The notes under the pieces are model-generated. The model made no database searches. It was not told the DNA's origin and saw only the letters and a list, made by a program, of their open reading frames with translations. DNA of 64,000 nt, taken from NCBI GenBank assembly GCA_951406725.2, contig OX597814.1, positions 14,136,001 through 14,200,000 of the forward strand. The letters run 5' to 3'. This DNA is from Octopus vulgaris. Lineage: Eukaryota. Position 1 is the first letter of the stretch. Each line of letters opens with the position of its first letter. Position numbers and translations under genes: made by a program. Shown one piece after another: positions 13,601 to 28,811 of the stretch.

Positions 13601-14569
13601 ATTGTTTACCAATTGGCGGTACATTTATCATTATGTGGTTTAACTTGAATATATCGTTAAAGGCATTACGCGATTAATGATAAACAATATCACTTTTCTA
13701 TGCTGTATGTATTACTTCTATGGATATTTTTACTAGCAGACTTGCCTTTATCGCATATTGGGATTCCGTACATACTAATGTGTGTGTGTGTGTGTGTGCG
13801 TGTGCGCGGACGTGTGTACTTGTGTGTGTATGTTTGTATACAAGTTAGATTTCCAGCATAACCGATTTCTTCTACAACTTCATTGCTGTACACTTCCTTA
13901 TCATTAAAGATCTCACTGCCTAGAAGTATTGAAACTTTAATTGACTATTTCTAAATCAACTGATGTATAGATCTGGTTTTGCTATAGTTGGAATAACTGT
14001 GGTTCTATAGTATGTTTACTAAGTTTGTCCGCTTCGAATATACAGAAAGATTACACTGCTTGTATAAACTATGTGGTCTTTTCCGAAATTTTACTGGGAG
14101 TGGGGTGAAGATGTATAGACAGTGCATCTACAAATAGAAGTCGTCCCTTTTCAATCCATTACTCGTGTCTTGAAATGTATTTATTCGCTCGTAAAACAAG
14201 AACACTTCGACAAGGCCGTTGTTTGCGCTAAGGTTGAGTACCCCATATTTATGTACAGATTTCTTTCTCTGAGAAATCCTCGTCAATGTTTTGTTCAAAA
14301 TATAAATATTTCAGAACAGCAAAAATTACAAGATGCCTTCAGAAATTATCCGACTTCTTTTTTCCCGCAAAAATTAATGCCACTTGAGCAAAATCCTTTC
14401 TATAATAATAATAATAATTGTGTACAGTGCTCAGGTGCACTACAAGATGGGGTTTGGCACAGCCCCCAGTTCCAGCGCATGCGGGAAAATATTTACGCCA
14501 GTAGGCCGGATGAATTTGTTACACCTAGTGTACAAGCATGTAGTGCGCGCTCGTCGTATTCTTGTTTTC

Positions 14570-15060
14570 ATATATTAAATCAAGTTTTGTCAGAAGCTTG
14601 ATGATATTCAAGCTCAAACCATCCAGTAGTTTTGGCAGGTCTCTGTGGCGATGATGCCATGCGCAATACTCAGATCCTGTAGGGGGACAATCGCTTCAAA
14701 CGGGGCTGCAACTCAATGGAGAGTGAGGTACGACCAGGTATGCTATCCTCATGCTGGAACGAGGAGCCGATTGAGAAGGCTAGACGAATAGTCATGGAAA
14801 ACCATCTTGTAACAATGAAGGAAATTGCTCACGAAGTGGGAATATGCACTTTGTTAGTGTATTGCATTTTAACGGAGGATATGTGCATACGGAAAGCGTC
14901 AAAGAACTACGTTCCAAAAGTACTGCCAGAGAAGCAGAAGCAACTCCACGCAGATATCAATTAGAACATGCTGAACTGTGCAAACTACGACCTAAACTTC
15001 ATGAGGGTCATCATTACTAGGGATTAGACACGGATCTTTGGGCTTACTCGAAGTGTTTGC
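14570..15060 (+). mobile_element. Mariner transposase N-terminal fragment
   Basis: RFKRGCNSMESEVRPG, VTMKEIAHEVGI, ILTEDMCIRKASKNYVPKVL (WVPxxL-like), VIITRD. Confidence 0.85.
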
Positions 15061-15344
15061 TCATCTAGCTTGAAAATGAAATTCCGAAGAGCGCACACTA
15101 CTCGTCTAACTCGGCTTACCGGCGCGAAAATCTTTACACACTTTCAAGAAGTCTGGCGTGTTACCCGCGAGTAATTAGTTTTGGAGTGAAATAGTAATTT
15201 CAGATACTTTTTGACTGGGGATCATATATTTATTCTCCAAGAGCAGCTATAATTATATTTATTCCCCAGAACAGTTAAATTATATTTATTCCTTCTTTGA
15301 TTATATTATTATCATGTTGCACGACATAATCGTCACTGAATTCA

Positions 15345-15620
15345 ATCTTAAATCGAGAGTTCGATTCCTCGATTCCTGGCGGCGTGTTGTAATCTTTGAG
15401 TAAAATACTTCATTTCATGTTGCTCAAGTCGACTCATCTGACAAATATTAGGCGTGTCTGTAATTCAAAGCGGCAGCCTTTCTTACCTTCTGCCTCACGC
15501 TGAATTGCCCTGTTCGCTTGTTTGTGAAATGCTCAGCCACTTGCTCATTAATTTCACGACCAAGTTGTTCTCTTCATTTAATCAACTGGAACACTCGTCG
15601 TCGTAACTGACGATATGCTA
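15345..15620 (+). mobile_element. Degenerate tRNA-derived SINE (related copy ~19420-19660)
   Basis: B-box-like gttcgattcc and shared core ttgagtaaaatacttcatttcatgttgctc / ttgaacaaaacactccatttaacgttgctc. Confidence 0.55.
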
Positions 15621-16334
15621 CTTAATTAAACAATTCAGAAGTATAGGCGACATAAATGAATAACTGTTATGTATATCGACATACATGAAAGCAAATTCAT
15701 GTTCTCCATACATGATTATAGTGCAGATTAAAGCAAACTTTAATGGCAATGCCACAATAAGACTTACTAGACGATCTAAATTGGACATATATAGAATAAT
15801 AACAACTATAACAACAACAAGAAAACTAGATAAAAAGAAAAATAATTAATGGTGATTACCGTTTAGCTAAATGCTAAGTTATAGATTCGGATTATAAACA
15901 ATTACTACAGCTGCACCTTATTGCATATGTGCATATATATATATATATAGGTGTGTGTGCGTGTGTGTGTGAGCGCGCACGTGTGTGTGTACGTAGATTT
16001 GTTTATATTCATAAACCATAATGATATCCGTGAGGCAGCTGATGATGGAATTCTGTTGGATTGTTGGTATCTGTGTTATTATTTTATAAGACATCCATTT
16101 GATATACATATATATAGTAATTTTTGCCATTATAACATAGCTGTTCTATAAAGAACAATGTTACTAGATTTAAACCCCAGGTGAACATATTTTCTTGCTA
16201 GTTAACGACACACGTTGCGTGTCGTTGACCAGCTGCTCTCTAAAGAAAATACTGTAATAGTGGTGAAAAACGTTACCGTGTAGTATTGTTACCACTTATA
16301 TCGCGTGTACAACTAGTTAGTTTACTCATACATA

Positions 16335-16441
<107 letters not shown>

Positions 16442-16699
16442 GTATGTGTAACGTAAGTTTAGAAAAGACCATTGACTCCATATCTAGCGTTAACTAGACA
16501 GTTTCTCTAAGCAGTAACATTTCTCTGCAAAGGTTGCTTGTTTTAAAACACAAGGTGGTAGTTCAAGAAATAAACTTCTCTCAAAATGTGGCATGGTGAT
16601 CTGTCTTCCTTCGCTTGATAGCTAGGTTTTCGAGTTTTTAAGTAAAAATTTCCGAAAATGTGGAAACTCCCACCGACTTCCGTCCCGGAGTTATCTAAT

Positions 16700-17742
16700 A
16701 ACCGTCCATGACCAAATAACATGTACACTAAATGGGTGCATACAATTGGCATTTTCAGACTATCCCTAGCATATTTTACAATCGATTTTAGCTCAGCAGC
16801 TTACGATTCTTACCTTTCACTAGTCCTGGAAACAACACTGACCTTTTGGCTATGCTGTTGAAGATGTGAGTTCATGAGCATTATAATTCTTTCTGCCAAA
16901 CACAATTTGCACAATCTGATTCCATTACGATAGGATCCACAAGTTTCCAATAATTTCCACCTGATCGTTCTTTAGGCGCTATATGTAAGCTGCAAGTGTT
17001 TTTTGTGTTGCGTCTTTCTGAGACCCCGAAAGAAGATCTGTGATTGTTCAGGCGAATTTTAAATCTCCTTCCATTTGAGGATACCTTGGCTTGGTACGCT
17101 GTAGCCTTCGTGTTACATCGGCCGTCCCCTGGGCATTCATTTGTATTTATAGAACCAGTCTGGATACCTGTTGATCAGAACACGTATATATACTATATAA
17201 AAGCAGTTGTAAACATACAACAGTAACTCTTTTAATTTTAGCTGCACAAAATATTGATAAACTTTTATTTTGACTACTATAAAATTCAATTTATTATATA
17301 TGCCTGAATAATATGTGTTAGTTTGCATGTTGATGTTGTTCGTGCAGAATACAATCTACATTAGCTTTGCGCTAACCACTACGCTACTGCATCGAAACCA
17401 TTGAATCAATTCACTCACATAACGAAGTTGCTAATTTAAGAAATTCCTAGCTAAACTTGCTGTACTTAAGCACAACGCATCACATTATAATAATCGCCTA
17501 GATAATAGGTAAAATTTCACTAAAGTTCTGTACTTTCAATATTAAGAGATAAGAAATTTCATATAGGTTACTTAATAACCCTCTATGACCGAATAACATG
17601 TACACTAAATGGGTGCATACAAGTGGTATTTTCCAACTATCCCTAGCATATGTTACAATCGAATTTAGCTCAGCAGCTTACGCTTCTTACCTTTCCCTAG
17701 TCCTGGGATCAAAACTGACCTTTTGGCTATGCTGCTGAAGAT
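16700..17742 (-). mobile_element. Naiad-type PLE 3' end (GIY-YIG) with direct pLTR-like repeat (16708-16865 and 17586-17741)
   Basis: CPGDGRC..AYQAKV..FKIRLNNHRSSF, WKLLETCGSYRNGIRLCKLCLAE; ~160-bp direct repeat. Confidence 0.8.
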
Positions 17743-20700
17743 AAGGCTATTGTAAGATAAATTCATTTTGTTCTCAACTGTTTTATTTAAAATCATTCAT
17801 CTCATAATAATACATATTTTAATTTACTTTAATTATTATTTTAAAACATGTATTTCTCATATAGCTTGAACTTTTGTTGTTACGTTATTTATTAGGAATT
17901 CTCTCTATGACCACAGGACATATATGTAACTGAATATAATTTGGCTGTCGTGTATATTATTGACAATACAAAGAAAATAAAATATTTAGATTAAAAGTAA
18001 TTTCAAATATGAAAGATCGTTAAATATTTAAATTTAGTAACAGTCTTTGGATCAATCAAGAGCATCTACGAATTTAATGGATAACAAAAATATACATGAA
18101 TGAAGATGCAAGCGTCCACTCCCTGTCATCTACGGGTGTAAGTAATGAAACATTATTACCGTAATACCTTGCATTGAAAATCTTTGATTAATATGAATAT
18201 TCGTTCTAACACAAAGATCAAGCATCACTATTACACAAGCATTTATTTCTTTTAAGGTAATTTATTCTAAAGCATTTTCAGATAGAAAGTGACTTTGAAG
18301 AAATATTTACTGCAAGAAATCGCTGGTTTGGTATACATACAAAAAGCGATGTAATTGGCATAGTGCAACAGTTAAAGGAGAAACAGAAACTGCTGATATG
18401 GAAGCAAAATCAGATTAGAAGAAATAGCAGAGGGATATGTTTCAATGCATACAGACATTTATAATGTAGACTTAATGAGCTTGCTTTGGAAGTGCTTACC
18501 AATTAGAATTGTAATTCCACAGGAAATATTCTCGATACCCAATTATATGATCACTAAAGATTTCTTGGATTAGAAGTGGATGGAGACTAGCTTATAATAG
18601 CAAGTGAGATTTGACACGTATATAAAGGAAATGACATTTACCTTCAGTGAAACAATCCACAACGAAAGCAAAAAACATACCGAATGTTTGTACATGTAAC
18701 AGCAAGCTACAAATATCGTGTGGTGAACTAAAAAATCATCTGCAGATAGGAAATGCTCATTTTAAAATGATTTAGCTAATCAAACCATTGGTTTAGGGAG
18801 AATGTATCATTTTCAAAATATTTAATATTCATTCATGTTTCAATATAGTCCCAGTTCATAATATTTGTTGAGTGCGGATTAGCCCTTAAATAATGGTAAA
18901 TATTTTTTGAACCATTTGATCTATTGGGATATTCCTGATTTAATATTCTAATAATCTAGTATTCATTTACATATAAGTAATCGAATGACTGTAAAATGAA
19001 AAGAATGTTGACTCAGTCAAAATACGTGCCTCCTATTTTGCTAACAGCAGAAATCAATATAGAAGATTCTTTAAATGGTTTTTAAGCAGGTAGAAAAGGT
19101 GGCCAATCTTTCCTGAAATCATATATGTGCATTTCGAAGTAAAAGTCTTTGTGATAAAGTTGTTCAAGTCACATCCAATAGGACAGAATGGTCACTTCTG
19201 CAATGTTCTCTTATCGTTCTCATCGAAAACAGTTACAATAGGAGTTATCAATACCAACATAGCTGGTAGGAAGATATTACAAACTTCTCATTCTGCGCTG
19301 CACAACCCCTGTAAGAAATTAAATATGGTCTTCAGTTTGGTGTATACCAGCATACTAATCAAATCACTATTAGAATATTTTCACAGGAGAAACAATAATT
19401 TTTCTCACTTCGCACAAGCCCGTAGAGGTGCGTGGCTTAATAATTAGGATGTTGGACTTCTGATGGTAAGATTGTGGTTTCGATTCCAGGAAGGGGCGAC
19501 GCGTTGTGTTCTTGAACAAAACACTCCATTTAACGTTGCTCCAGTCCACTCAGCTGGGAAAAAGTTAGTAATACTTTGACAGACTGATGTCCCGTCCAGG
19601 TGAGGAATATATATATATGCCATGGAAACAGGAAACTTGCCATATACGACTCAGGAATGAACTTTTGTTTTTTGGGGTTTTTTTTATATACAAGCACGCG
19701 CCACACATATACACACAAAAGTAGCGTCAGCAACATTCTCTTCAGTAGTTAAAAGGGGATTCAGTTACATAAGGGTTTCTTTATTTGAAACATTGGAATA
19801 TCTGGATTGCACGTTTTGTGGGTCATGCATCAAATTGATCATAGATAGCTGTGGTAATCAAAGACACAACGGACGAAAATGTATCAGTAAACTTATAAAC
19901 AATGTCAGATATGTAGAAATCAGGTACTTTTTCGTATTGTTAGACGTCAGCATTTTCAATTTCATAGAATGCTAATACAGACTTTCAAGTTATTTGGCAC
20001 TTTTTTATGTCATTATTTCTCATGTTGCTCGAAAGTGATGTGTTTCGTATTCTTCGAAATATAAACCTGTAGGGGCTTAAGAGACAATATTGTCAGTTAT
20101 ATGACAAATATGACATTAATATTAAGTTTTATTTTTTAAAAATCTCATTTCCTAAATCAAATTTTATCTTAAAAATTATAAACTGATGAAAAGAAAAATT
20201 TATGGAAGATGAGAAATAAAACAAAAGCACAAACAAAAACACTCAAAAGTTCTGAAAGCACAACATAGCTAAAAAAAAACTATCACAATACTACTACACG
20301 ACAAATACTACGAAATAGCGTAATGGTACAATACTCACTTCTGTGAAACATCGTCTGCCTTTCACTCGCTCCTTCCGTTCAAAAATTCGAAAAAAAATAT
20401 TTAATACGATATTATATGAACATTTGCAGTAATGATATTTTAGTCAGCTAAATCGAGTGCTGCGCATTCCAAACCAAACTGATTATCATACAGTGCAATA
20501 CTTGTTCATGTAGTTTTGATGATTCTAGATACTTAGTACAAAATATTGACTTCCAACATATACACTAGAGCATAGATTCTTTTAGATTTGTTTCATGGTG
20601 AGGCGGGGTAGGAGCATTCGAGTTATTCTAAAATTAGTTCGTGACACGGACTTCCTTAACAAACTACTAGAAAGCAAAGGCAGCTATTTTCCGTATATTT

Positions 20701-21499
20701 TTGATGATTTAAATTATCTTGCAAAAATTTCATTCGCTTCTAGCGTTTGCAAACGGGCACAACTCATTGTTTTTGTTTCGCGAAGTGCAGCAGGAGTAGT
20801 CGTATAAATCGACAACAGTACACAACTGAAACTTTCCTAAAGATCAGTGGAAGGCAAAACACATTTGGAGAGAAATTAAATTATTAAAAAATAATATTCG
20901 CGTCCAGTCACAGGGGTTTTAAAAAGAAAACAATCATACAAATTTCCTACATTACGGAAAAAAATCTCCCAAGAAATTACTGACATTCTTCAGTTGTTCG
21001 GTGATTTTTTTTTTCTTTTTTGTCTTTTGCTTTTTCATTCATTAACACGCTTGCTGAAAATAATCAGTAAGTAGTTCAAAGAAGCATCTTTAAAAGTAGA
21101 AAAGGTCATTAAGGCAAGAATATAGATTCGAAGTTTAAATTTTTTTCTCTTAAGTATCTCTGTTCCAGGAAAACTTGTTTTTTTTTTGCCTTCAAAATAC
21201 TATACATATATGCTTTAAATTTATTAGATATGAAATTTCTTAATATATTCAATATTGTCGAAGCAATTTTGTTAGTATTTCTGCTAGAAATGAAAATGTT
21301 AAATTGTCAATTCTTCAAAGAATACGAGCTCCTATGCAAAATTTCAGTGATATAACTGCAAAACTATGCATACATCTAGGAACGTACACCGGTGTACTTT
21401 AAAACATTATACAACGCGTGTTTACTAAATGATTGATTATGGGGTTAAGCAGTGAATATGCTAAAGCCTTCTTATTATGCATAGATTCATACATGTATG

Positions 21500-21790
21500 A
21501 GTTCTATCAAAAGAAGGAAGAAGAGGAAGTCGGACCTAAGCCTCGTATCTTAAAAGAAAATGCAGCAAGCATTTGCATATATCGAGAAATATTTTTCTAT
21601 GTTCGAGGATATGGATCCAAATGCTCAACGTTTTCCCAAGATTATGGGGGATTGTCACGAAGCTTTTGATCCTTATAATGTAATCCGTGAGGATTTTTAA
21701 GCGCATCGAACACATCAAGAACACCAAGAACAGCCTGAATCAGCTGTTGATGTTCACGATCCACAGCCATCTAAATCCGCGATATAAACC
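21500..21790 (+). mobile_element. Tigger/pogo-like transposase C-terminal remnant
   Basis: MQQAFAYIEKYFSMFEDMDPNAQRFPKI..EAFDPYNVI. Confidence 0.55.
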
Positions 21791-22201
21791 ACCAAGCTGT
21801 ATGTACGTATTGATAATTTTAAAATAATATAAGGATTGTTTTTATATTGCAAAATAATAATGATTACTGCATTTGCTTTTTAAAATTAAAAAAGGCTTAT
21901 ATTTTACCACATCTTATTGCAAACTGCATTCATAAATAAAGGCTTCGCGATGTATGGTAAACACAGCCAATTTGTTTTCGTAAATTTAGATTACGTTTTG
22001 TTTTACTGTACAGTATTATAAAATTAAAATCAATCATGTATTATTGAAAATGCATTCATAAATAAAGTACAGAACTGGGAATGGTTATTATTGGTTAAGA
22101 CTAGAGACATGTAAATTCGGCCTAGCCTAGTGTAGAGACAAGTTTATTCGACTTAAGTCGCGTCTCCTGGAACCAATTATCGACTTACGGTGAGGCATAC
22201 C

Positions 22202-22298
<97 letters not shown>

Positions 22299-22327
22299 CT
22301 CTCTCCTTTTTTCTCTCTTTCTCTATG

Positions 22328-22378
<51 letters not shown>

Positions 22379-23129
22379 TTATTTCTGTGTGTCTATGCAT
22401 TATCTGCTATGCTTTCGCGCTCACTTTCAGTACCTCTGTATTATAAGTGCATATGTTTATGAATGTGCTTGTATGCATGCATTAATAATATTCATAATAG
22501 CATCTGCGTTTGTTTGTTCCTTTGCCTTCAAGAATAAACTATTATTAGATTTTGAGTTTACATAATAGTAATCACAGGTTCTTTCCCGTGTGGCAGTTTG
22601 TTTTACTGCACAAGTTCGTCCACCTATTCTAAAATAGCATCTCCTGGTTCTGGAGTCCAGTGTTATGAAACAGTAGATAATGATCTCATTTTGAACTCTA
22701 TATCAATTTAATCTCCAACCAGTGCAAAGTTAATCGGGTATTGCTGATCTATAATTCAATAAAATAAATACAGTTACATGTAGCATGGATAGAGTTATAA
22801 GGTGTTCATGCTGTAGCAATCGAAGTTTGGAATATAATTCTGGAACGGAAACAATATTAAAAAATGAAGATGTGAACATTAGTATATGTAAGTTGTAGAT
22901 ATAAGATACGCTCATGAGAATCACTTACCGTGTATCTATACGTTGTGACAAAAGGAAGAATCTTAAATATTACTGAAGATGTTAGTAAGATACTGATGTT
23001 CACGTTTTCGGGTACATATCTGTTGTATTTAAATCTACATCCAGTTTTCAGCTGGTACAAGAAATCCCATAACGCTAAAGAGATCAGACACGATTAGAGA
23101 TGTGGGAAGAATAGGAAAGTTAGAACACC

Positions 23130-23760
23130 AGAGAAATTTCGCAGTTTTCAGGTTCAAAATTTGGAGTGGGTATAGAAGCTGTACGCAGAACTACCCATGA
23201 AAATCTAAACATGAGCTAAATATATACAAACTTTGTAACGAGGGTGCTGAGTAATAAACAAAAGTAAAGACGCGTTGGCGAGCGCAGGGAAATGGTTGAG
23301 CTCATTACGTCCAATCCAAGATTACTTGCGCCTCTGGTAACCTGTCAGGAAAGTTCTTCGTGAGTCAGGGACCAAGAGACAGTACCCAATAGAAGCATCC
23401 TGGCTCACCGAAGCCCAAGGAGGCCAGGTAAAATATGTTCACCGTGAAAATCTCAATGAATCCCTATGTTGACAGGAAATGAATCATCTATATCCACTAG
23501 GTTCCGTCTGGCACGATAGTCAACAATTTTACTTTGTGGTGGTTTTGTTGGCGTTTAGGAACAGATTTTGTCGTAAAACTCCTGTGCTTTTCCATTCGGG
23601 TTGATGATACCTGCACAACGACAATACACAATTCCATTCAGGTAAACACATTTCTTCACAGGGGCGAGCGTCCAGATCTTCCTTGGTCATACCTATTCTC
23701 CAGACCTTGCCCCCTATGAATTTCGGTTGTTCTTCAAGCTGGTGGATAACACTTGGGCGA
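23130..23760 (+). mobile_element. Decayed mariner transposase fragment
   Basis: HENLNMS..FVTRVLS, ETKRQ, KHPGSPKPKEAR, LHNDNT, YSPDLAPYEFRLFFKL. Confidence 0.8.
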
Positions 23761-24505
23761 TCGTTGCAGCAACATGTGCATTGAAATTAAAGGATCTTTC
23801 TTTGAGGGATATTATAGTTTCGTACTTCTTGAAAACTAACAAAATGTCTCTTCTGAATGCACTTTGTTTATTTCTATTGTTGTTCGAAAATTTAATCTGA
23901 ACACTGAGATACATAAACACTATAACCAGAATCTCTAATTGTGAATTAGTGTGTTCATTGATAGAGAGTCCTTCACAACTTAAAGGCAGCATTCCAGTTG
24001 AATGTAATGCTACTCTTATCATTTCATTGTATATGTCCAAATGCAGCTAAATTGCCTTGCCTGTGTAAGCAATTGAGAGGGCAGAAAATTTGGAGATTTA
24101 AGTCTTATATATTATGTCCACAATAACTGACTTTACCGCTGTAAACCTAACGGAGGCGATTTAATCTTGTCGCAATAGCTTATATTCAAAGTTCGAACAA
24201 CATACAATAGAATTTTGCCTAATAATATATTGTGTGCGATGTCTGGATTAGAATTGACCATGAACGTTTCAGCGCTTGTATTAAAGAAAACGTCTTGCCA
24301 TGTTTCTTTGTTGCTTACAACAATCCCCATATGTTTTGAATAGCTAAATTAATCTAAAACCAATTACTAGCTTTTAATGTTACTGGCGATGTGTAAATCA
24401 TTTTCTTCCCAATAGATTTATTCTTTGAAACCCAAAGTACTTCACTTTTGTGCGTATACAATGCGTAGCTGCACTGCTCTAGATTCCCTTCAAGAAACAA
24501 GCTCA

Positions 24506-24560
<55 letters not shown>

Positions 24561-26399
24561 GACACTCTCCCTCTTTCTTATACTCTCTATCTCTCTCTCA
24601 CTTTTTCTTTTTATTTCCCTCTCTCTTATACACATAAAAAGAAAGACAGTTTTGAAATATCTTATTTATATTTCGCTGACAAATTTAATTAAAACAATAT
24701 TTATATGATATTGGTCATCTTCATGATCTACACAAATTTTCTCGTTTCGATTCTTTAGGCATTACTCGAAGAGAAATATAACATTTTTTCACTATTGAAT
24801 TTCTATATGAACTCAGAGAGAAGGAACATAAAGGCAGTGGGGTTAAGGGTGCAATGATACTGTGAAACTTTCCCAGTATATATGATGTCACTAAACCCGA
24901 CCACTAATCACAATCCGAGCGGTATCATGGTTTTCAGATATATCTATGATTTCTGCCGTATTAGGCTAATGTTTCTTTTCTTTGATTTATAAGATTTCAT
25001 AATAACGTTTATCATATCCACTGTATAAAATAAGTTAAATGCAACTTATCTACTGCTTTTTACCATAATATCTTCTTTTTAATGTTAGTCTCTTCATATA
25101 CAATCTTTTACATTCATTTAAAGATTACCTCATCTCTACCTTGGCAAGTTAAGTTAAAACTTACTTCGTTGAATTGGTCAAATAAGGCTGAAAGATGTCG
25201 GAAATGTACTCAGTGTTAGCTGTGAATATTTATTATATTAACCAGTTAGATAATATATTTTACACTTCGCTTTAGTATTTTCTATTGTATTTTAGAAACA
25301 CAAAGCTTCAGATATGCTAACACTAACATAATTTTTGTTTTGCTTTCGACTGTCGTCTCTGAGTTAACAGTGCAAGTGATATATGTATTTAAGAAACATT
25401 AGCAGTAAGAAATTGAGGTCCTGTGATTCCACTACATCGTTATTAAATCTGACTGCAGAAATTGATTTATTGCTTTGTTATTGGTGTTGTTGTTTATCCT
25501 TCTTCAACATATGTCAGATTGCAATGTGCAGACCTATAATGAAAAGGCATTCTAGCCGGAGCCATACTGATGTTTTGGGGATACGTATAGGACTAGATTG
25601 TGAAGAGTATACATTCCAAATATAATACCGTTCAGATTGAAGCAAGATATGTTCATTAATGTTGTATATCTAACGCAACATTCATATTTTCATGTTAGAT
25701 CCGTATTCATTGCTATTATCTAGTAGTATTGGATTTTGATTTTCTGTTCTTGGGCAGCCCTAATGGACGAGAGTTGAATTAAATACGTTGCAACAAAGGC
25801 ATCTTGTCGAACTCGTGTAAGATTTCTTAAAATGTTATGGTGTGACGTGAAGTAGGCTTGGCGGTTACTTCCAGCTAATGTAGCAACCGACTCATTTGAT
25901 ACCTGTTTGGTTGGAAGTGATGCAATAAATAAAATAAAATACAGAGAGTTATTTCACGAAGCATTTGACACCACACTGTAACTACATTGCTCTCCAATAA
26001 GCAGAATAGTAAACTAGCAGCATTTCTAATTTATATTTCGTAGACATTAATGCATATAAATACTGCATCGTTGCTAAGTAGAGAACACCTAGAAGAATCA
26101 GTCATTTCGGTCTAAAATCACATCCAGCAATAATTCTTTAAAAGACAAAATAAATATTACATTATATAACATTGTCCTAGAGGGCAAATGGCGGGGAAAA
26201 TAATGAGCTGGTCATGACTTCAAAGCCTATGACCATAAACCCATATAGAAATAGTTGGCACGAATGTGAAAATATATAGCAGCTATAAATAGAATGCCAA
26301 TTAATGTTTCAACATAACGTTTTTCCCCTATGACCATCCAATATTAGTTACTAATGACTTAAAATGAGTTCTGTTCATTCTTTTTGAATATAAATGCGG

Positions 26400-26580
26400 A
26401 CGATATATTGGTAAAAATCGATAGTGCGCCGAAGCGAATATTTTGCGGTAATTTTCCGGGTACTTTAAATTCTGAGTTCAAAGATTGACTTCGATTTTCA
26501 TCCTTCCGAGGTCGATAAAATAGTGTCAGTAAAGTACTGTTGTCGATGCAATTGGCTATGCCATCCCCCCAAATTTGAAG
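26400..26580 (+). mobile_element. Degenerate SINE of the same family as 39428-39657 (further relics ~26630-26830, 27881-28080)
   Basis: ttctgagttcaaa...ttttcatccttccgaggtcgataaaat core. Confidence 0.55.
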
Positions 26581-27144
26581 ATTTTTATTTAATCGAAAAA
26601 CGAATATATGATCAGAAATTCAATTGGTTGAATGGAAAAATTGAGAGAGAGTCGCACAAAATATGTTGTATTTAGTTACAGATAATTACATTCTAAGTTC
26701 AACCCAATCCGCCGATCAGCTTTAATTTGTATTCACCAATTGTTGATAAAATGCGATGCTAGTCAAGTTCTTGGGACAATTTAATCAACTAACCTCCATG
26801 CTAAAAACTCTTTGCCTTGCCCTTCGGCTAGAAATGAATATTATTGATCAGAAAGGAAATGGGTAAAACGCGCCTCTTCTCCAGATCTCGGAAGAAAATA
26901 TCTAGTGACTCTTAATCGTGTGCATTTACAATTCCTTCTGGGTTAATTTTTGCTCTTCATACTTTCAGTTAGTATATAAAAAAAGTAACTAAAAACAAAT
27001 AGCTGGGTAATGAATTATAATGTTCACAACATAAATGTTATTTATGTTGTTGAACAGATAAGTAAATTCGATAGAGAATCGATAACGCAGAAGGCAAATA
27101 AGATAGGCATCAGCCAGTCACAATCCTTTTATATCTTATCTTTT

Positions 27145-27728
27145 CTACTGTAGCAACAAGGCCTGAAATGTCCGGGGAGGGGGTCAGTTGATTCGATCTA
27201 CCCCAGTACGCAACTGGTACTTAATTTATCGACCCCAAAAGGATGAGAGGCAAAGTCGACCTCGGAGGAATTTGAACTCAGAACATAAAGACAGATGAAA
27301 TACCTATTTCTTTATTACCCACTAGGGGCTAAACATAGAGGTGACAAACAAGGACAGACATAGGTATTAAATCGATTACATCGACCTCAGTGCGGAACTG
27401 GTACTTAATTTATCGACCCCGAAAGGATGTAAGGCAAAGTCGACCTCGGAGGAATTTGAACTCAGAACGTAAAGACAGACGAAATACCGCTAAGTATTTC
27501 TTCATTGCTCACAAGGGGCTAAACATAGAGGGGACAAACAAGGACAGACAAAGGGATTAAGTCGATTACATAGACTCCAGTTCGTAACTGGTATTTAATT
27601 TATCGACTCCGAAAAGATAATAGGTAAAGTCGACCACGGCAGAATTTGAACTCAGAAAGTAAAGACAGACGAAATAGCTCTAGCAATTTCGCCTGGCGTG
27701 CTAACATTTCTGCCAGTTCGCTGCCTTA
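27145..27728 (-). mobile_element. tRNA-derived SINE with triplicated core (~186-bp period)
   Basis: Three copies of ttaatttatcgaccccgaaaggatgaaaggcaaagtcgacctcgg.ggaatttgaactcagaac; one head at ~27680-27728. Confidence 0.85.
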
Positions 27729-28734
27729 CTTCCATATCTTTTCGTCATCTACGTTGACGCTCATTTTTCCGCGCTCAATAATCTAATACTAATTAAGTAT
27801 AGGCGTGCATTTAATCGAATATCTCATTCACATAAAATATATCACTTTATTTCAATGTTAAAAATTATTACATTATTATTGGCACCAGCAGAGTCGTTAG
27901 AGCGTGCGACAACATGCTTTGCACAATACATTTTAGCTTTTTATATGCTCCCACAGGCAATTATTCCTTCCTTTCTTTTCGGCTTGATAATTTAGTGTAC
28001 CAATTAAATACCGAGATCGCTTGCAAAAACAAAAGCCCTTCCACTGAAATTTACTGCTGGCCTTGTTCCTCAATCAGGAACAATTTTTTATCATTGTTGC
28101 AGTTGTTACTATTTCTTCTTCTTCTTTTTTTGCTGTTGTTGATATTGGTGGTGGTTTTATTGCTGTTCATGTAGTTCTTGCTGTTGTTGTGGCTAATGAC
28201 ATAATCGATAAAACTTCGATTTACTTAATTTCCCTTTAGGTTTTAAGATTTCTTTTTGTAACTTTCAAGATCAAATTTATTCGGAGACTAAAATCTAAGT
28301 ACCCGTAGGGTATAAAGGTTAATATAACCCATTAGCAACCTTTATTATCACAAAAGTAGAGAAAATATCTTAATCAATAGACTCATCAAATTAATTTTCG
28401 GCAATTAGCTTCGTCTCTATAGATTCTGAATACATGTCATTAAAGAAGGCCGAAGTAATTCATAAACTGTGAGAATCCATATAACGAAATATAATGGTGA
28501 AGAAACTTGTAAAACAAAACAGCTGTGTGAGTGTGTTCTTGTATTTCATTTACCCTCATCTCGTCGTTCACAACAAATCCCAATTGAATTAGGCATGATC
28601 TAAAATTTATAACGTTAATTCAGTTGCATATATCACTTAATATAATGTCGCGTACTTATTATTAATTAATTTACTTATATTTGTGTATGTATATGTATGC
28701 ATGTATGTCCTTGTTTGTATATGAGTGTACATCG

Positions 28735-28811
28735 TCTATCTGGATGTTTTGTTTTCCCCTTTTGTATCACCTGGCTGTCCGGATGTTTTGCGTCCTTGTC
28801 CCATTTTGTAT

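Noticed and set aside
14122-14601. 159-aa ORF
   Set aside because: No recognisable domain; it contains an AAT repeat and runs into a mariner end.
16805-16870. Duplicated segment with a GTAAG donor, resembling a duplicated exon
   Set aside because: Explained as the pLTR of a Naiad element.
27220-27670. CRISPR-like repeat-spacer pattern
   Set aside because: The spacers are themselves repeated; this is a SINE multimer in eukaryotic DNA.
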